DNA of 58,907 bases, counting the filler, from Sluysia triapertura (Eukaryota): the NCBI GenBank assembly GCA_046118255.1. It is 4 parts of 4 records of this genome, joined end to end, with 100 filler letters (N's around TTAATTAATTAA, not from the genome) between each part and the next. Parts side by side here need not be neighbours in the genome. Positions count along the whole stretch, not along the records: positions 10,954 to 34,467 come from JBJNIA010202929.1; 3 more parts are not named here. One strand, written 5' to 3'. Below are positions 11,310 through 26,300 of the stretch, in pieces (position 1 is the stretch's first letter; every line of letters begins with the position of its first letter). Position numbers and translations under genes: made by a program. The notes under the pieces were generated by a model. It made no database searches. It was not told the DNA's origin and saw nothing but the letters and a program-made list of their open reading frames with translations.

Positions 11310-14300
11310 TTTATTGGTACGTATTCTTCATCTGATTTTACTGGTAACTGTACAAAATCATAAGACATATTTTCATAAGTATACTTTCGCATAACTAAGC
11401 ATGCCCCCATACATGGAGCTGGTTTCCATATATCGATTTTACCAGTACAAATTCGAATTAATTTTTGCATATGACTTAAGTTTCTTTCACCGAACTGTTT
11501 TTCTAATAATTCCATAGATAAATTGTGATCATAAGTAGTAGAATTAGACATTGAAAGATGGGTTTCTTGACAGACTGTATCAACCCAAAGAGTAGATCCA
11601 ATGCTGAAATACGTTTATGTTAGTAAATTTTAATATTTGTAAATGAAAATTATTATATAACAGTCTGAACTAAAATAAAGCTTAAACTTAAATTATGAAG
11701 TCACATTGTTTTAAAATTTCAATTAATTTATAACACTTAAACAAACCACAAAATTATTAATGCATGTAAATCGACATCTTTTAAATAATTTCTTGCAAAA
11801 ACAACAGCTTCGTCTGGATATGAGTCGTCTTGATCAAGTGGTCGAATTCCTACTAAATAAACTTCGATAGCCTGGGGAGATATTTCTGCAAGATCTGTAG
11901 GTAATTGCAACAACTCAGATTGCTCAATTTGCTTTATGGCACCATTATCGATCAATCTCACGAATACATGACCATGCTTTCGCTTTCTAGAATAGTCTTT
12001 TTCATCTTCCAAAACCAAGACACGTTCCACCATATTGTCCATTTTTATACAAGCAATCAATCCCGGCTTTATGTAACCTAAACATAAACGGATACTTTTC
12101 AGTAGACGAGAGAATCTAAGCCAAAATTATAAATGAAATCCTTAATTTTTAGTAAATCTCCACTGAAACCTCGGACTAAAAGAACATATTTTATATTTAT
12201 TCTTTACATTTTAATCTAATATCTATTAAATAAATCAGCATATGAATATTTGAAAAATTCAGAATGATTATCGGATGAATTATAATATTTAGTGAAGTTA
12301 TAACCAAAATTATCAGCAATCCATTTAAATGTAATCTTCATACTTCATATTGTATTTAACATTATCATTCATTTTACAATTGTCTGATCATTCTAATATA
12401 AAATATTCGATCGAAGACGTGAATATGAAGAAATTATTCAGAATGTTATGCCTTTGTCCAAAGCATGAGATGCATATTGCATAGAACATTTATCAGTTAA
12501 AAACAGAATAATCGACATCTCTATTTTGTTGATGTGAAGTTTAATATCCTATGGAAAATAACTTTGAAATAACGAAAACATGAAAATATTCAGATCCAAT
12601 GGCTAAGCTCGTAAAACCCCATTCTTCCGAGCATAATTATCAGAATTTGTAGTTTATTGTCTTGAAATCCAGATAATACGCAGATATCAATTATACCTAG
12701 ACTCTCGTGGGCAATAAGTAAACTAAATGATATCAAAAACATGTGACGCATTCATGAACTCAACCGAGCACGAAAATCCTTAAAAGATTTTAATATCTCG
12801 ATGTTAGATACTTTATCGTACTACATATTTTCAATCAATTTCACATTCATCTTTCTGAAATCGTCTAACCATCTAATATCTTTTAAATTTAAACTTCTTG
12901 ATTTTATCACGTTATCACCAATTACAAATTAGATCCAAAAATTTGTAATTTAAAATTTTAATTTCTTTTAAAATATAAAAATTGTGTAATATTTGATTGT
13001 TTTAAAAGTGATAATTTTATTACGTCGTACAAAACTGCTTACATTCGATTATTTAACTGTAATTGTATGATTATGATGATAATTTTTATTTTATTTAATT
13101 ATTGTCACAATTACTCAATTTATTGTAATGACTGAAGTTTATCAATAAAAAAATGCTAGATAACTTTTTACTTCCTATTGCTTTAATCTAATTTAATATT
13201 AGTCTCTGTAACGTGAAAATTAGTTCTGAACTCATCTCTAGTGGTAATGCACATTTTAGTAGTTAAAGTTTAAATCCTATTACAGAAAAATTATAGGGAT
13301 AATATTAGGCAAAACAAACATTATGCATAAAAGGAACACGTAATAACTATACTTTTTATTGGTCTAGTTTAAGCATAGTACTTGCTGAATAACTTCAAAT
13401 TGTGAACGTTTATCTAACAATTTATCAGTTTATCAAATAATAATTTACAATACCAAATTGTGAGTGTTCGTCAAATATCTGTACTCTAGGTCAACCACTT
13501 ATAAATAAATGATTACTTGCTATATTTTTCTTTTCTGAATTGTGTTCCGTTCACGCAGCAAAGACCGCTTTAAAGTGCTTTCTACCAATATTATACATAC
13601 CAATAAATTATCTTATTCCATTCTATAATAATTTTTCTATAGTTAATTTCTCCATAGGATCCATCCCTTTCTATGATTAATATAAACTATTCCAAAATGT
13701 CTTATCACGATATTTTAGTCAATTTCTTCTATGTACAAATTAATTTTCACCTACATGTTTGACCATATTATAATTTATTAATATATTTATACGCATTCAT
13801 TTGGTCCTGGTTTATATTACCTTGCACTTGATAGTATTTCGTTTTTGTTTATATTTTAACAAAATTCGGATATTTTCCCTTTTTCTAGTACTACAATCTG
13901 ATAGATAACTCTTTAAATTCGGTAATTAAGTTTGTCGAGTTCCATGTATTCTGGTTTTATTTTCTTTAGTTTTAAAATTGTATAGATATTCTTTTGCAAT
14001 AATAAAAATATTTTAGATTTTATTTATTCTTTTATTTTATTAACATGTTTTAGGTTATATTTTTTATAATTTACTAAAAAATTAAATTAATTTAAATTAA
14101 ATTACTGTTTAAAAAATAAAGGTAAATATGAAACTTAATTTTATTGTAATATTAGATTTAATAACACTTTTAAATTTTAACTAAAATTACTGTCAACTTA
14201 AATTATAAATAATAAAAATTACTTGAAGGATGAGATGATTCGAAAAGATTTATGTACAACTAGTATTAGTTACATAAACAAAAATAATGTTTTAATAGTG

Positions 14301-17300
14301 ATTAGTGTTATAGTTATAAGCCTATTTTTATCTAATTGAAAATATTACGATATATGCGTATAAATAAAATTATAAAAAGTAAATAAAATTATTATTTGCA
14401 ACTTCTTAAAATAAAACCAAGTCTAAATTAAAATTTAGTTTATCATCTTTCGTATTTTAATGTATTTTTGAGTGGAGTCGGTAAGTAAATTATAAATTAA
14501 ATCCAACGTACGCTTTCATATCCTTTTCGTGCCAATTTTTTTCAAAGAAGTCTGTGTACAATAGTGTGTACAGAGAACAATATTTCAACAAAATTTATTT
14601 TATAATTTTTATAAAAAATGAAAGTGGTTTTTTTAATAAATTCGATTTTTTAAATAATGATTGATTAAATTACCAAAAATACTTCCACTGAGTTCAACAA
14701 AATAGTTTAATTTTTAAAAATGGCAGATTTTACCATCTTTTAAAAACAAATATTGAATAAGTGTCAAGTTTAAGTTATTTATAAATCTTTTGTAATACAT
14801 TATTATGACTAACCATCAAAACATACTTAGTCGTGACCTAATCGTTAGAAAGTATAAGTTAGAAAACTAAATATATTGAAAATCACAATACATGAAACGT
14901 GGGTTATTTTAAATGACTAAATCGAAAATAATTCACTTTGCCAATAAATTTTAACCCTTTTTATTCCGAATTTACATATAAGCATTGAATTAAGATTATG
15001 CTTAGAAAATTATTTTTTTAATTTTCATTTTTGTGTAGCATCCTGGCACTTTTAGATAATTCTCTAAAAATCATGTTGGCACTCAAAGGGTTAATATACA
15101 ATTGAAATCATGAATTTTTATTAATCAGTAATATTTTTAACAAATTATTTGTAATAATTTTTATGTAATCAACACTTCAAATTCTACAGGACTAATTTGT
15201 TAAAAGTTCATCACTTAATTATTGTAATTTTGCTGCAATACAATTTTATTTAACTTTCTGTTAAATATTATTCTATTAGAAATAAAATGGGCCACCTTCC
15301 TACATGAATGAACACAACATTACAGAAACTTATAAATTTCCAAATTAGCTATATTTTCTAGCAGTCTTAAATTTTTTAAGATTGTGGAATACGAAAATAC
15401 ATATAAAACTTAGGATAGCATTTATAAACTTGAGCGTACAGTTTACCGGCTAAGTTACAAAACTGAAACATACACACGCATATGCCTCAGTCATTTTGTC
15501 AAAAACTAACTTGAAACTTACGACCGTTTAATTTGCGATGTCATGACTTTAGTAATGACTTTAGCTTTAGCCAGATATACCTTAAATGACTAAAAACTTA
15601 AAATATTAAGAACTATTATGAAATACGTAATCAAAAAATTTCAATATCATGTCAATTAAATCAACATTTTTTCCTAAAGTCAAAATGCACAACATAAAAT
15701 TTAAAATAGTTGATTCAGATAAGTTTTTATGTTCCATAGAAACAATATATTAGCCAAAACTTTTATTCATTAAGGAATATAAGTTAATATTAAATAAGTG
15801 AAACTAACGTGGATTAACACCACATATGTTGTGCTTATCATTTAAATATGAAGAAAGTCTCATTTTTAATTTTAAATAGTTTGATACATAGCCAGCTTCT
15901 GAATTATCAAATGTTTCATGTTCCAGTATTCGAATGTAAAAGTGTGTTGGGGAATCCAAGTATAAAAGTCGAAACTACATTTAAATACATATTTTATTTA
16001 GTTCAAACCTTTATTTTTCCTTTGTTTGGTAATAATGGCTTATCAGTATCTGATCTAATTAAATGTCGCTTGTCACAAGTCGGTAATTTGCATTCTCCAA
16101 AACTCTTAATTCCAGGACAAACTTCATTCATACCTTTCGTTCTTTCTTTTTTCTAAATATTTGTTCATTAAATTTTAAATAAAATTTTAAATATAAAATC
16201 ATTTAAACTTTATTATATGTTTGACTTTGTTTTAATTTCTGAAACTAAAAATAATTTCTGTTTCTAAATAATCAAAGTAACTATGGTTGGAACATCTTAA
16301 AGAAAAAATATTTTAATGTGCTTTTCTACTAAGATAATTTATTTTCACATATAAAAATTGTATATGTAAACAAATATTATGGTTTTATACTACATTTCAC
16401 TGAATTTGAATCGTGATATCAATGTATAATTTTATTTGATCCTACCTTAAAAAGTTATAAAAACAGCTATATAAAATAAAACTAACAATAATATAATCTA
16501 TAGATTTCTCTTTTAGCCAATCTGGTCTCATAACATTACAACGTCCCAAAAATTTGTAAAGGTAATTACAATCTGATAAAACCATTGTATTCGGACATAA
16601 AAACATATACGAATAACAACTTCGCTGATCAGACTTTTTCCCAATTTCTTTAGATAAAAAAGTAAGTTTTTCAAACTTGTCATGAAGACAATGTAATCTG
16701 GAAGAAAATGTCGCTTTATTGATATTGAGATGAAATAAAGTTTCTGCCTCTGTAATCATAACTTCATTTCTGCCAAGAACTTCGTCAGATATGACTGAAT
16801 TATAATAAAATTTAATATTCAGAAAAATGTGTTATATTTGCCATATTTAATTTATTATTATTGTGACATTACACTGCATTATATTATATTATAAAATTTA
16901 TCTTATATTACCACTTTGTGTTACAAATTTCCAACTTATTTACTCGATTTTTCACATAAAAATACATGCTATACATCGTTATAATTTCATATAAATTCTT
17001 AATCTAATGTGACAATAATTATAATTTATTTTATAATGCAAATTCTTAATAAAATTCATGTCAAATTAAATCAAGAATGTTTAGAGTTTACTCTAATTTT
17101 TCTTTGTCACTACCTTTCAAAAATATTTCAAGCATGTCTAAGGGCAACTGATAATGACGTGATCTCCTTATCATTATCACAAATGTTTATTTCGTAATAG
17201 AGTCCTCTGCTGTAGTGTTTTCTCATATTATAAGGTCCGACGTTCCACCAATGGAGTTTGAAATTGTATGTTTGTTAAAATACCTTACAATTATTTCTTA

Positions 17301-20300
17301 TTAGAGTTCATCAGATGCTTCTACAAACGACGAGCATATAGAGTGCAATGTAGAATTAAGGCTAATAAAAAAATGATACGTATGTTACATGGCAGCTTAA
17401 TTTTCCCACGATTTCAGAAATTAAGAGTACGCTTGCTACAAATTGTGTACTGTAGTGGATTCACTGTAGTGATTCAAACCCCTAATTCATTATTTCAAAT
17501 ACAATATAATTGCTTTTGTCACTTTCAAATTCTCATACACCTCCAAATTTCCAATAACTTTCCCTACATTAAATATTAAATTTTTTAAATGTTTTATTAT
17601 AATTATTAAATATTCTAATGTTATTATTGGTTTTATTAATTTATGTATTTAACTTTTATAATTATTTATTATATTTTTATTATTATTTTATTGTTAATAA
17701 TTTTGTATTTAAATTAAATTTTTTTGTTTTAATACTAGATATGCAAAACTTTATTTTTGTGCATGCATTTCAATACGAAATGAAAATTGACTACATTATT
17801 TTTATCCTTTGATAATCAATTATTTTTTGATAAAAATTATTTTTTTAAAGACAATTTGAGAGTATTTCGTATTTCAAATTTGATCAGTATTAAACCAATT
17901 TTCATTATATAGAAGAGCCTCATTTAGTCAATTCATTTATTGTCAATGAAAGTGCTTTTAAAAGATATTTTACAGGATCATACATTTATAAACTTTCTGT
18001 AATCCAGTATATCCAAATTATACATTTAAATAATCATATTAAAATGATAAAAATTCTGGTAACCACAAACTTCAATTAAATAGTCTAATGGATTTAATCT
18101 TCAGAGATTTAAATGTCACTTAAGTTAAAGCGTATATTGCAATGTTAAAATTGATTTATTTAAATGTTTGCATGAATATAAACAATTAAGATATTGACAA
18201 TATATTTCACTTTCTTGAACATCGAATTGAATGTATTCGCTCAAATGAGGATGACACAGTTAGTATTTTGTCCAAAAAAATTGGTGCTAATGAGAATAAT
18301 ATTTCAATTAATCCTATACAAAAAGTCAATGTAAAATGAAATTGTATAATAACAATGTATGTGTAAATGAAATGACATCATTATGCTTTAAATATGTAAA
18401 TAATCATATTAATACTCGCAATGGCTTTAATTTAGGATACTAATTTAAATTTACATGTAAATAAAGATTAAAACGAAATGCGGAATTTAAAATAAAGAAT
18501 TTAGTATTTGATTAAGCTACTTAGACTCTGGAACAAGCAACATCGATTTGATCATGCTTAAAGAAAGAGAGAAATTAAAGTTAATTCAGCTAGGATTAAT
18601 TTTTTTGTTATGTTTATAATTATCTGTAATTCTTATTTTGTCACTATGTTGGGTTCATCGATAAAATATTTTGATACGCCCTTGAATTTTAAATACTGTA
18701 AATACCCTAAACCTAAATAATTAAGTTTTTCGTAACGTATACCAAGTTTTACTTTATATTATTAATCGACATTAATGAATTTTTTTGTGTTTTTCAATCT
18801 ACACTAAACAAGTTCAAGACAGTTTACTATTAATTAATCATTAATAATAATTATTAATAATATTTATTAATAATAATTATTAATAATTAATTATTAATAA
18901 TTACCTATTAATTAATCATTAATTTACAACATTAAAATCTTTATTATTATTATCATTAACATTATTATTGTCACTACTATCATCATTACCATTATTATCA
19001 TTATCATTATCATCGATATCATCACCACTATCATTATCATTATTATCGTAATCATTTTAATCATTATCATTCTCATTATCACTCTGGTAGATTCAACTCC
19101 AAAACATATATTATAAACAAACACAAACAAAATTCAACCGTTAAACATTTATCATACACAAACTTTAACGGAACTGAACAAATCAAACAAAAAACGAAAC
19201 ACTAATAGCACAACTCAAAACTCATGGCTACCGTTATAACGACAATACTTACCTTAAATTCTACACACAACTACAATTTAAAATTTAATATTGTTATTAT
19301 AATGTGAAGTATTTGTCATCGTATTATTGTTTTTATATTTTTTATTTTTGTCGTATTATTTTTCTATCTTTCTAGTACCATTAACAATTTTATTCTTTAT
19401 TCTTCTATATTCTTATTATTTTGTGATTTTTACAATCAGTGCTTGTTTTCAACATTATTTTTTTCATTTCCCATTATTAGAAATGTAATTCGAGAAAATA
19501 TTAATATAATTCATTAACATTCTGCATTTTCAGTCCTTGGTATGGCGACTATTTTCAATAGTGACAATGGGAATTCACAATGTATTTAAGGATCATTCTT
19601 TATTTGGTCTTCTTGACTTTAGCTCAGTAATAATTAACAAGTTTTTGCATTTGATTATGATAGATGTTAATTGTTTTATGTGTACCACACACCAGCAAAT
19701 ATAATACAATTTTGCGATCACATATGATATATAGAAAGAGTTGATTTATTGTATAGCGTGATTCCAAAGTTGGTAGAAATTTTCTAAATTAAGATTTATT
19801 ATTGCCGCGCATGATCCAGAAGATTATCAATTGAATATACTGGTGCTGCTAAAAGTCACGAATTACCTCAGATACTCAATATACCCAAATTTATATCAGT
19901 GCTTCTTTAACAAAAGCATTTTGTTGCGGATTATAAGTGGTTTCTGCTGATGCTAGAGGTGTTGGTTAAGTCTTCCGATAATAATGTCAGATTCTTATAT
20001 AATTACGCATCGTTGTGATTGCTTCTATAAACGAATGCATCAATTAATTGACAGTTTTTAATGGAGATTATCATACTAATCATGCAAAAGATGTCTGGAA
20101 TCAATATGATCATGTTTCGAAGTACTACGCTTGAGCAGATGTAACCGTTATAGCACAAATCGTACATCATACTGCTGTTAAACAAAATATTCCTGATAAA
20201 TGTACGACTTGCTAGACATCGGAAAGTCAGTTTCGTTGGTGAATTTATATTTGCAATATCTGTTGTGATTCTTTTAATATTCCACAAGATTTTATGCTGT

Positions 20301-23300
20301 CACTCTAGAAAAGGATTTTCAGTATTTTTCAGAAAATGATATAAATGATAATGATATGTTGACTTAAATTTTGTATATTTATTTTATATGCATATTATCA
20401 AAATTATAAATAATCGATAAATAATGACTCTGAATATAACTAAGAATCATTTTGTGATAACAATAAAATTTGATCATTTACTGGGTAAAACGAAGAAGTA
20501 TAATTTAATTAATAAGAATCAAAACAATAATTCTCGAATACAGTCACATTAATTGACGCGCTTGATTCAATTATGATTACGTAAAACCTAATGTTCCTTG
20601 TGGTAAAATAACATACTAAAATTAATTACAATATATTGTTGAATCATTTTAATAATTCAAATATGTATGGCAAGCTTCAAACTAACGATCATATTCAACC
20701 TAATACTAAATTCACTAAGTAAGTTGATTTCATCTTTATCACAATTTTAAACAAATAAGGACAATGAACTCAAAAAAATTTATTGTTACTTTTACAATTA
20801 TGAATTTTTTTGAATCTGATGTTATCTTGACTAAATATTCAAAAAAATTACTAAAAGTTGTTTTACAGATTGAAATTAAAAATTTCCTAACTAATTTTAA
20901 TAGGAATTATAATAGTGTAATAGCTAAATGTAATGAGGTATTTCAAAGTTTTATTAATGTTTTAAGACGATTAGCATCAACAGAATCTCGATACGAATAA
21001 GTCGTATTAAAGTTTTGTTACATCACACATGATAAACAATGAATTAAATGATATTATCAAACGGCAAGTAATATATTTGCTGTTATTTTTGTTGTAAAAT
21101 TCACATTATTGTTAATTCTTGTTTATTTACTACTGGGCTCATTACCTCGATAAAAAATTCTTTATTAGTTTTGCCAAAGCTTAAGCTGGCTTTAATTTTG
21201 ATTAAAGTGTTTGATTTAAATAAAGAAATAAGAAAAAGACAAATTGAAAATACCTTTAAAAAGACATCTAAATTACACATGTAACCATAATTCGAATAAA
21301 ATCTTAAGCATTTATTCATAAAACAAAAATATGCTAATATTTCTAATGTTTGATCCACTAAGCCTTCTTCTCCTAAAATAACTTTGAACTGATATTACGT
21401 CTGCTTTTGAAACATTCAAGCCATCCACTTGAAGCTTTCCAATTTCCAAATGTTTTTTTGAGTTTATATATTCTTGAAGCGCTAATTCCACTTTTCAAAA
21501 ATGTGATGTTCGTTTATACATCATAACTATTAGGTTCACGAATTATATATTAAGTAATCAGTAAGTTACATTATACATATATTCGCAGTCGCCTCGTTGC
21601 ACAATTTTATATAATGATAACTAAACCGTGATTATTGTATTGTGATATAGCTTCAATATATCAATTGCAATTGACATTAAATCAGGTATAAATGATGTAA
21701 ATGGTTCAAAACGAAAATCGTCCAATGAATAGCGTTTTAAATTGACACTAAGCAATGATAAATTAACTTTTCCGAATCTGTTTCAACTTCATACATATTT
21801 GTTCGTTCGTTCATTAGAGTTATTTGTCATAATGTTCTTTTACTTATTGACCATAACTTAGCACAAAGTACTGGTGATAACATAGCAAAATCTTTTCGTG
21901 CTTGTTTAACTTTTTTCATGTTTATCAATTAATAATTAATAAAATAAAATTCTACTTATAAATTTAAGGAGGATATTAGTGAATAATAATTATAAATGAA
22001 AATAAAAAGATCGTACTTGTAATTACAAATAATAAAAAGGATACATTTAAAATTTTAATTGCTGCATCTTCTTCCAGTAAAGATCTTGACATTTTTTAAT
22101 AATTGCATCTTTATCAGCAAAAATACTTGCAGATTTAAGTGCATAAGTCGGAGATTTAGAAAATAGTTTTTCCATTAAGCCTTAATTTCCCAACTGTTGT
22201 TGAAAGTCCGGATTTGTTGCTTTTACATGATAAGAATAACTTGATTCTAGAGTTTATACAATGAAAGTGATTTATTACATTAAGAGTGAAGTATTTCTTA
22301 CTAAAGCCAACACTATCCACACAATTCTATCGTATCTTTTTGGTTATCATCCGTATGTTGATAATGATTATGAAGCTCCTCGTCTGTTCCCATTTTTCAA
22401 CACTTTCACTGGCACACAAACTTGCTATAATAGTGCGCATCAAATTAACACAAATTTGAGCTAAACTTTGTGTACTTCGTTATAAACTGGAGCTATTGAT
22501 GATTGGTCACAAATTTCACAATAAACATCAACAAAATTCACAACACCCTAAGCTTTAATCCAAACTCAAACATGTAAACAGTTTAACACAGAATCTACCA
22601 ATTTAAAACATCATTAAATTAATAAAACATGACGAAATTTCTTTCAATGTAATTCCATTTCCTTTCCCTTCAAGTATATTATCGATTAATGACGAATCTC
22701 CCTCAATATCTATAAAAATCGTAACAAACTTTGTAACTCACCAACATTCCATAAGCATTATCGAAAATAAACGCGATGCCTATATAAATTAATGCAATGA
22801 AGAAATTAATAATTTTGAATGCACGATTCTGATTCCAAAAAACGCGCTAATATATTAAAATCAATTATGTTAAAATAAGATCGTCGCTTAAATAAGAAAA
22901 TGAAAGTAATAAAACATAAAAATGATGCTTTGGAAGTTGTTGAGAATTCCGATAAATATGATTTGTTAAGAACTGGGACATTTAAAGGTAAATTTTTACT
23001 TAAAAAACTCTAGTTTTATTGCAAATAAATTTAGCTGAACATTTAAGCAACTTAATTACTTTAAATTCTTCAAATAACCATCTATAACATCAAGTTCATC
23101 AATTAAATAATGACCAATTAATGGCACATGAAAATTTATCATTCTGATATTTTCAATGGATTTAATAAGTTACTATTCGATATAAGTGTAGTAAACCAAA
23201 CTTATTTATCAAAAGCATCCATCAGTTAGAAGTGATGAATGCGATGAACGAATTAATGCCAATTAACTGAAATAGAATATTGTCAAAATAAAACTAAGTA

Positions 23301-26300
23301 CTTATCATCATTAAATAAAAGTATTGCAGTTTTTAATTAAAGCCTTGTTAAACCTAATTCACAAGATATTTTGTGAAAATAGCTTTAATACTCGTTCATC
23401 ATTGCAACCAAGTTTAATGTCACAAACTTTTATTGGAAATAATTCATTTAACCATTTTTTGGACATTTGTCAAATGCAGTAACACAAATATTTGAAAATC
23501 AGAAACAATAGTGGTATTAGTAGACCAATATTATTAAATAGTTTGTATTTACTTCATACGTATATGTTTTATAATAAAAATAACTTAAATAATATTAATA
23601 TAATTGTAATAAAAATTTAATAATAAATGTTCAATTAAGTGGATAAATAATATATATTTAAATAATAATAAATGTTTAATTAATATTCAAAAGAAAAATA
23701 GCAGCCAAAAACAAGAGACACTTTGTATGATATAAACCCAATTAAATGTGAATTGGCTAATTCACATTTCATTGGATGTTTATTAATAGATTGATATAAA
23801 GATTGTGCATTAATGAAGTTATTGGTACATGAGCAAAAAAAGTAAAAACCATGAGAGTATGTATGCAGTAAAGTTTTGCTAGACAAACATTTTATAAAGC
23901 AACAAATCAAAATAGAGAAGGTATTAGCAATTAAGAACAAAGCCAAGTTTTTGTAAGAAATTATAAAAATTAAAACTCAAGTTAAAAATTTAAGCAACAT
24001 GGCTACTAAAATGAAACAAAATATCTATTCCTTAAAGATGTAAATTAATAACATAAACAAAGTAACTCCATGATATAATTGTAGAGTATAAACAGTACTA
24101 AGGATATGAAATAAAAGAACTCCTCCATGAAGATATGAATGATATTAAAGGATAGAAAGTGTCAAAGGAAATAACAGAGCTTTTCAATGAAATTATAAAT
24201 GATCTTAAGTACGAATTTTGTCAAGATATCGAAACTGAAATTAAGAGATAAATATAAGAGCGATGGTATCAGATTATTATTTCCAGTTATGTTAGATTTG
24301 GTGAATTGGATCAACTGATTAGACAATTTTATAAAATGTACTAATATATTGAAAGCATCGAGACAGAAATCATAAAATGAATACTACTTAATTTTCAATA
24401 GTTCTAAAAGTGGTAAGGATCAAAATAGACGAGTTAATTCAACAATGTTGTCAAATACACTATAGTCTTGAACGTATCGCGAAAGAAAACATTAACGAAA
24501 CAAAGGATCAATGCTTAAATGGAATAACACTAAATTATCCAATACGTATCGTCTTAAACTAAGGAGACTCGAAGGTTTCATCGATTGTTAATCGTTATAA
24601 CTGTTTTTATTTATACCTTATTCTTATAGAGTAGTTCGCCTCAAAATGCGCCTTTTTTTAATTTATAAATTATACGTTAATAAAGATATTTTGTTATTAT
24701 CAAATGTTATGTTCAAGAAATTAATATTACTATATTTCTTTTAATAATTATAAAGATGAATTCAAAATCCTGTTTTTGGGTGCAAGTAAAAGTATAAGTG
24801 TAACTATAAATCTCCATTTGTTAACAATAAATAATGCATCTAGTTACTTAAAAACTTACGTATACAAATATACGCTTTGTCTCATCAATCCGATAATACT
24901 CTTATGCTTATTTAATCTAAGCTACATTGTTTTCATTGTACACAAATGTAAAGCTATACATGGGGTCAGTAGTTTTATAAATTGCGTTTCAATTAAACAC
25001 TTTAACATTCAAAATAATCTTCAGTACATTTTTGTCAGTATGATGGCTTTAATTCCTTAATTAACTACAGTTCCATTAAGCTCCTCCACGTATATAGTCT
25101 ACATACACCGACCACGCATAAACCATCACGTAAATTGTACACAACGCACAATACGTTTACTTAGAACTGAAGTTTCAATAGAATCACTAATGGTCTTTAA
25201 ATTAACATGTTGCTGTTTCACGTGGATTAATTAACATACTTACATTACTTGTGATATTAGTCACTCCATCATCAAATAAACGATTGGGTCGAATTATTGG
25301 AGAACATGAAGCACTTTCTACTAACGATTCATCATCACGTAAAGACATCTTGTTCATCTAGTATCATAATAGCAGCATCGATTGATGATGATTCTCTAAA
25401 GTGATAATGCCATGATGAACTAAAAATACGTCTAGTACTTTCCAAAAAAATTGTTTGTATAAATTTGTCAACAATTAAATAAGCATTTACTACGCCAGCA
25501 AGAGCCGTCAATTTTAATTCTAAATAATTACTTTGTAGAAGCAATAAAACACCATTTACTAAGTCTAAAAACATATGGGCGCACCAATCCAATAATTTAA
25601 AGCTATGATTCTACAACAGTATCTATTTCTTTCTTCAAGCATAATGCTACATGTATACACTTTGGAGAAAAGTTCTGATGTTTCGATTTGTAAACATGTA
25701 ATTGTCCATTAAATTTACATGAAAAATTAGTCATTGTAATTTATATATACGACAATTAACAAACTTTAGATGATCTTTAATCTGATTACATGTAATTTTG
25801 ATAGTATGAAAAATGATAGGGAGATAAGAATAAGGATAATACGGTGACAATAATGTAACAATTTAAACAATGATACAATAATAGCAATTTTAGTAATATT
25901 AAATTTAAATTTACATCTTTGTAATTGTTGAAATAAGTATCATTATGTTATTGTGGAGATATGTTTGTGTTGAATTTGTGTTCTTACGTCCTGTGAAGAT
26001 TGTTTCTGTTTATGTATGTTTATTTGTTGATTTGATGTTTTGTGTTAGATTGTGTTTATGTTTAAGATTTTGTTTGAGAAATGAGTTGGATTGTGTTGAT
26101 GTTTGTCTATGATTGTGTTTTGGTTTTGAGTTCACCACAGAGATTCTGAAGTTTATTCATCTTCGAAATGATTTAATTAATCAACATCAGATTATCCAGT
26201 AGCAAATATATAATGTTGTACAATGTTCAAGAACAGCACTTACACCAATCGTGATGAATGCTTTGGGGGGTAAATCATTTAATATTGCAGAAAATTCATT

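Noticed and set aside
15848-16156. + strand 102-aa ORF
   Set aside because: Antisense shadow of two TDRD12 exons.
18924-19130. Met/Ile-rich hydrophobic ORF
   Set aside because: Translation of an ATC/ATT microsatellite.
23680-24200. Hydrophobic minus-strand frames suggesting a membrane-protein pseudogene
   Set aside because: No diagnostic motif recognised.
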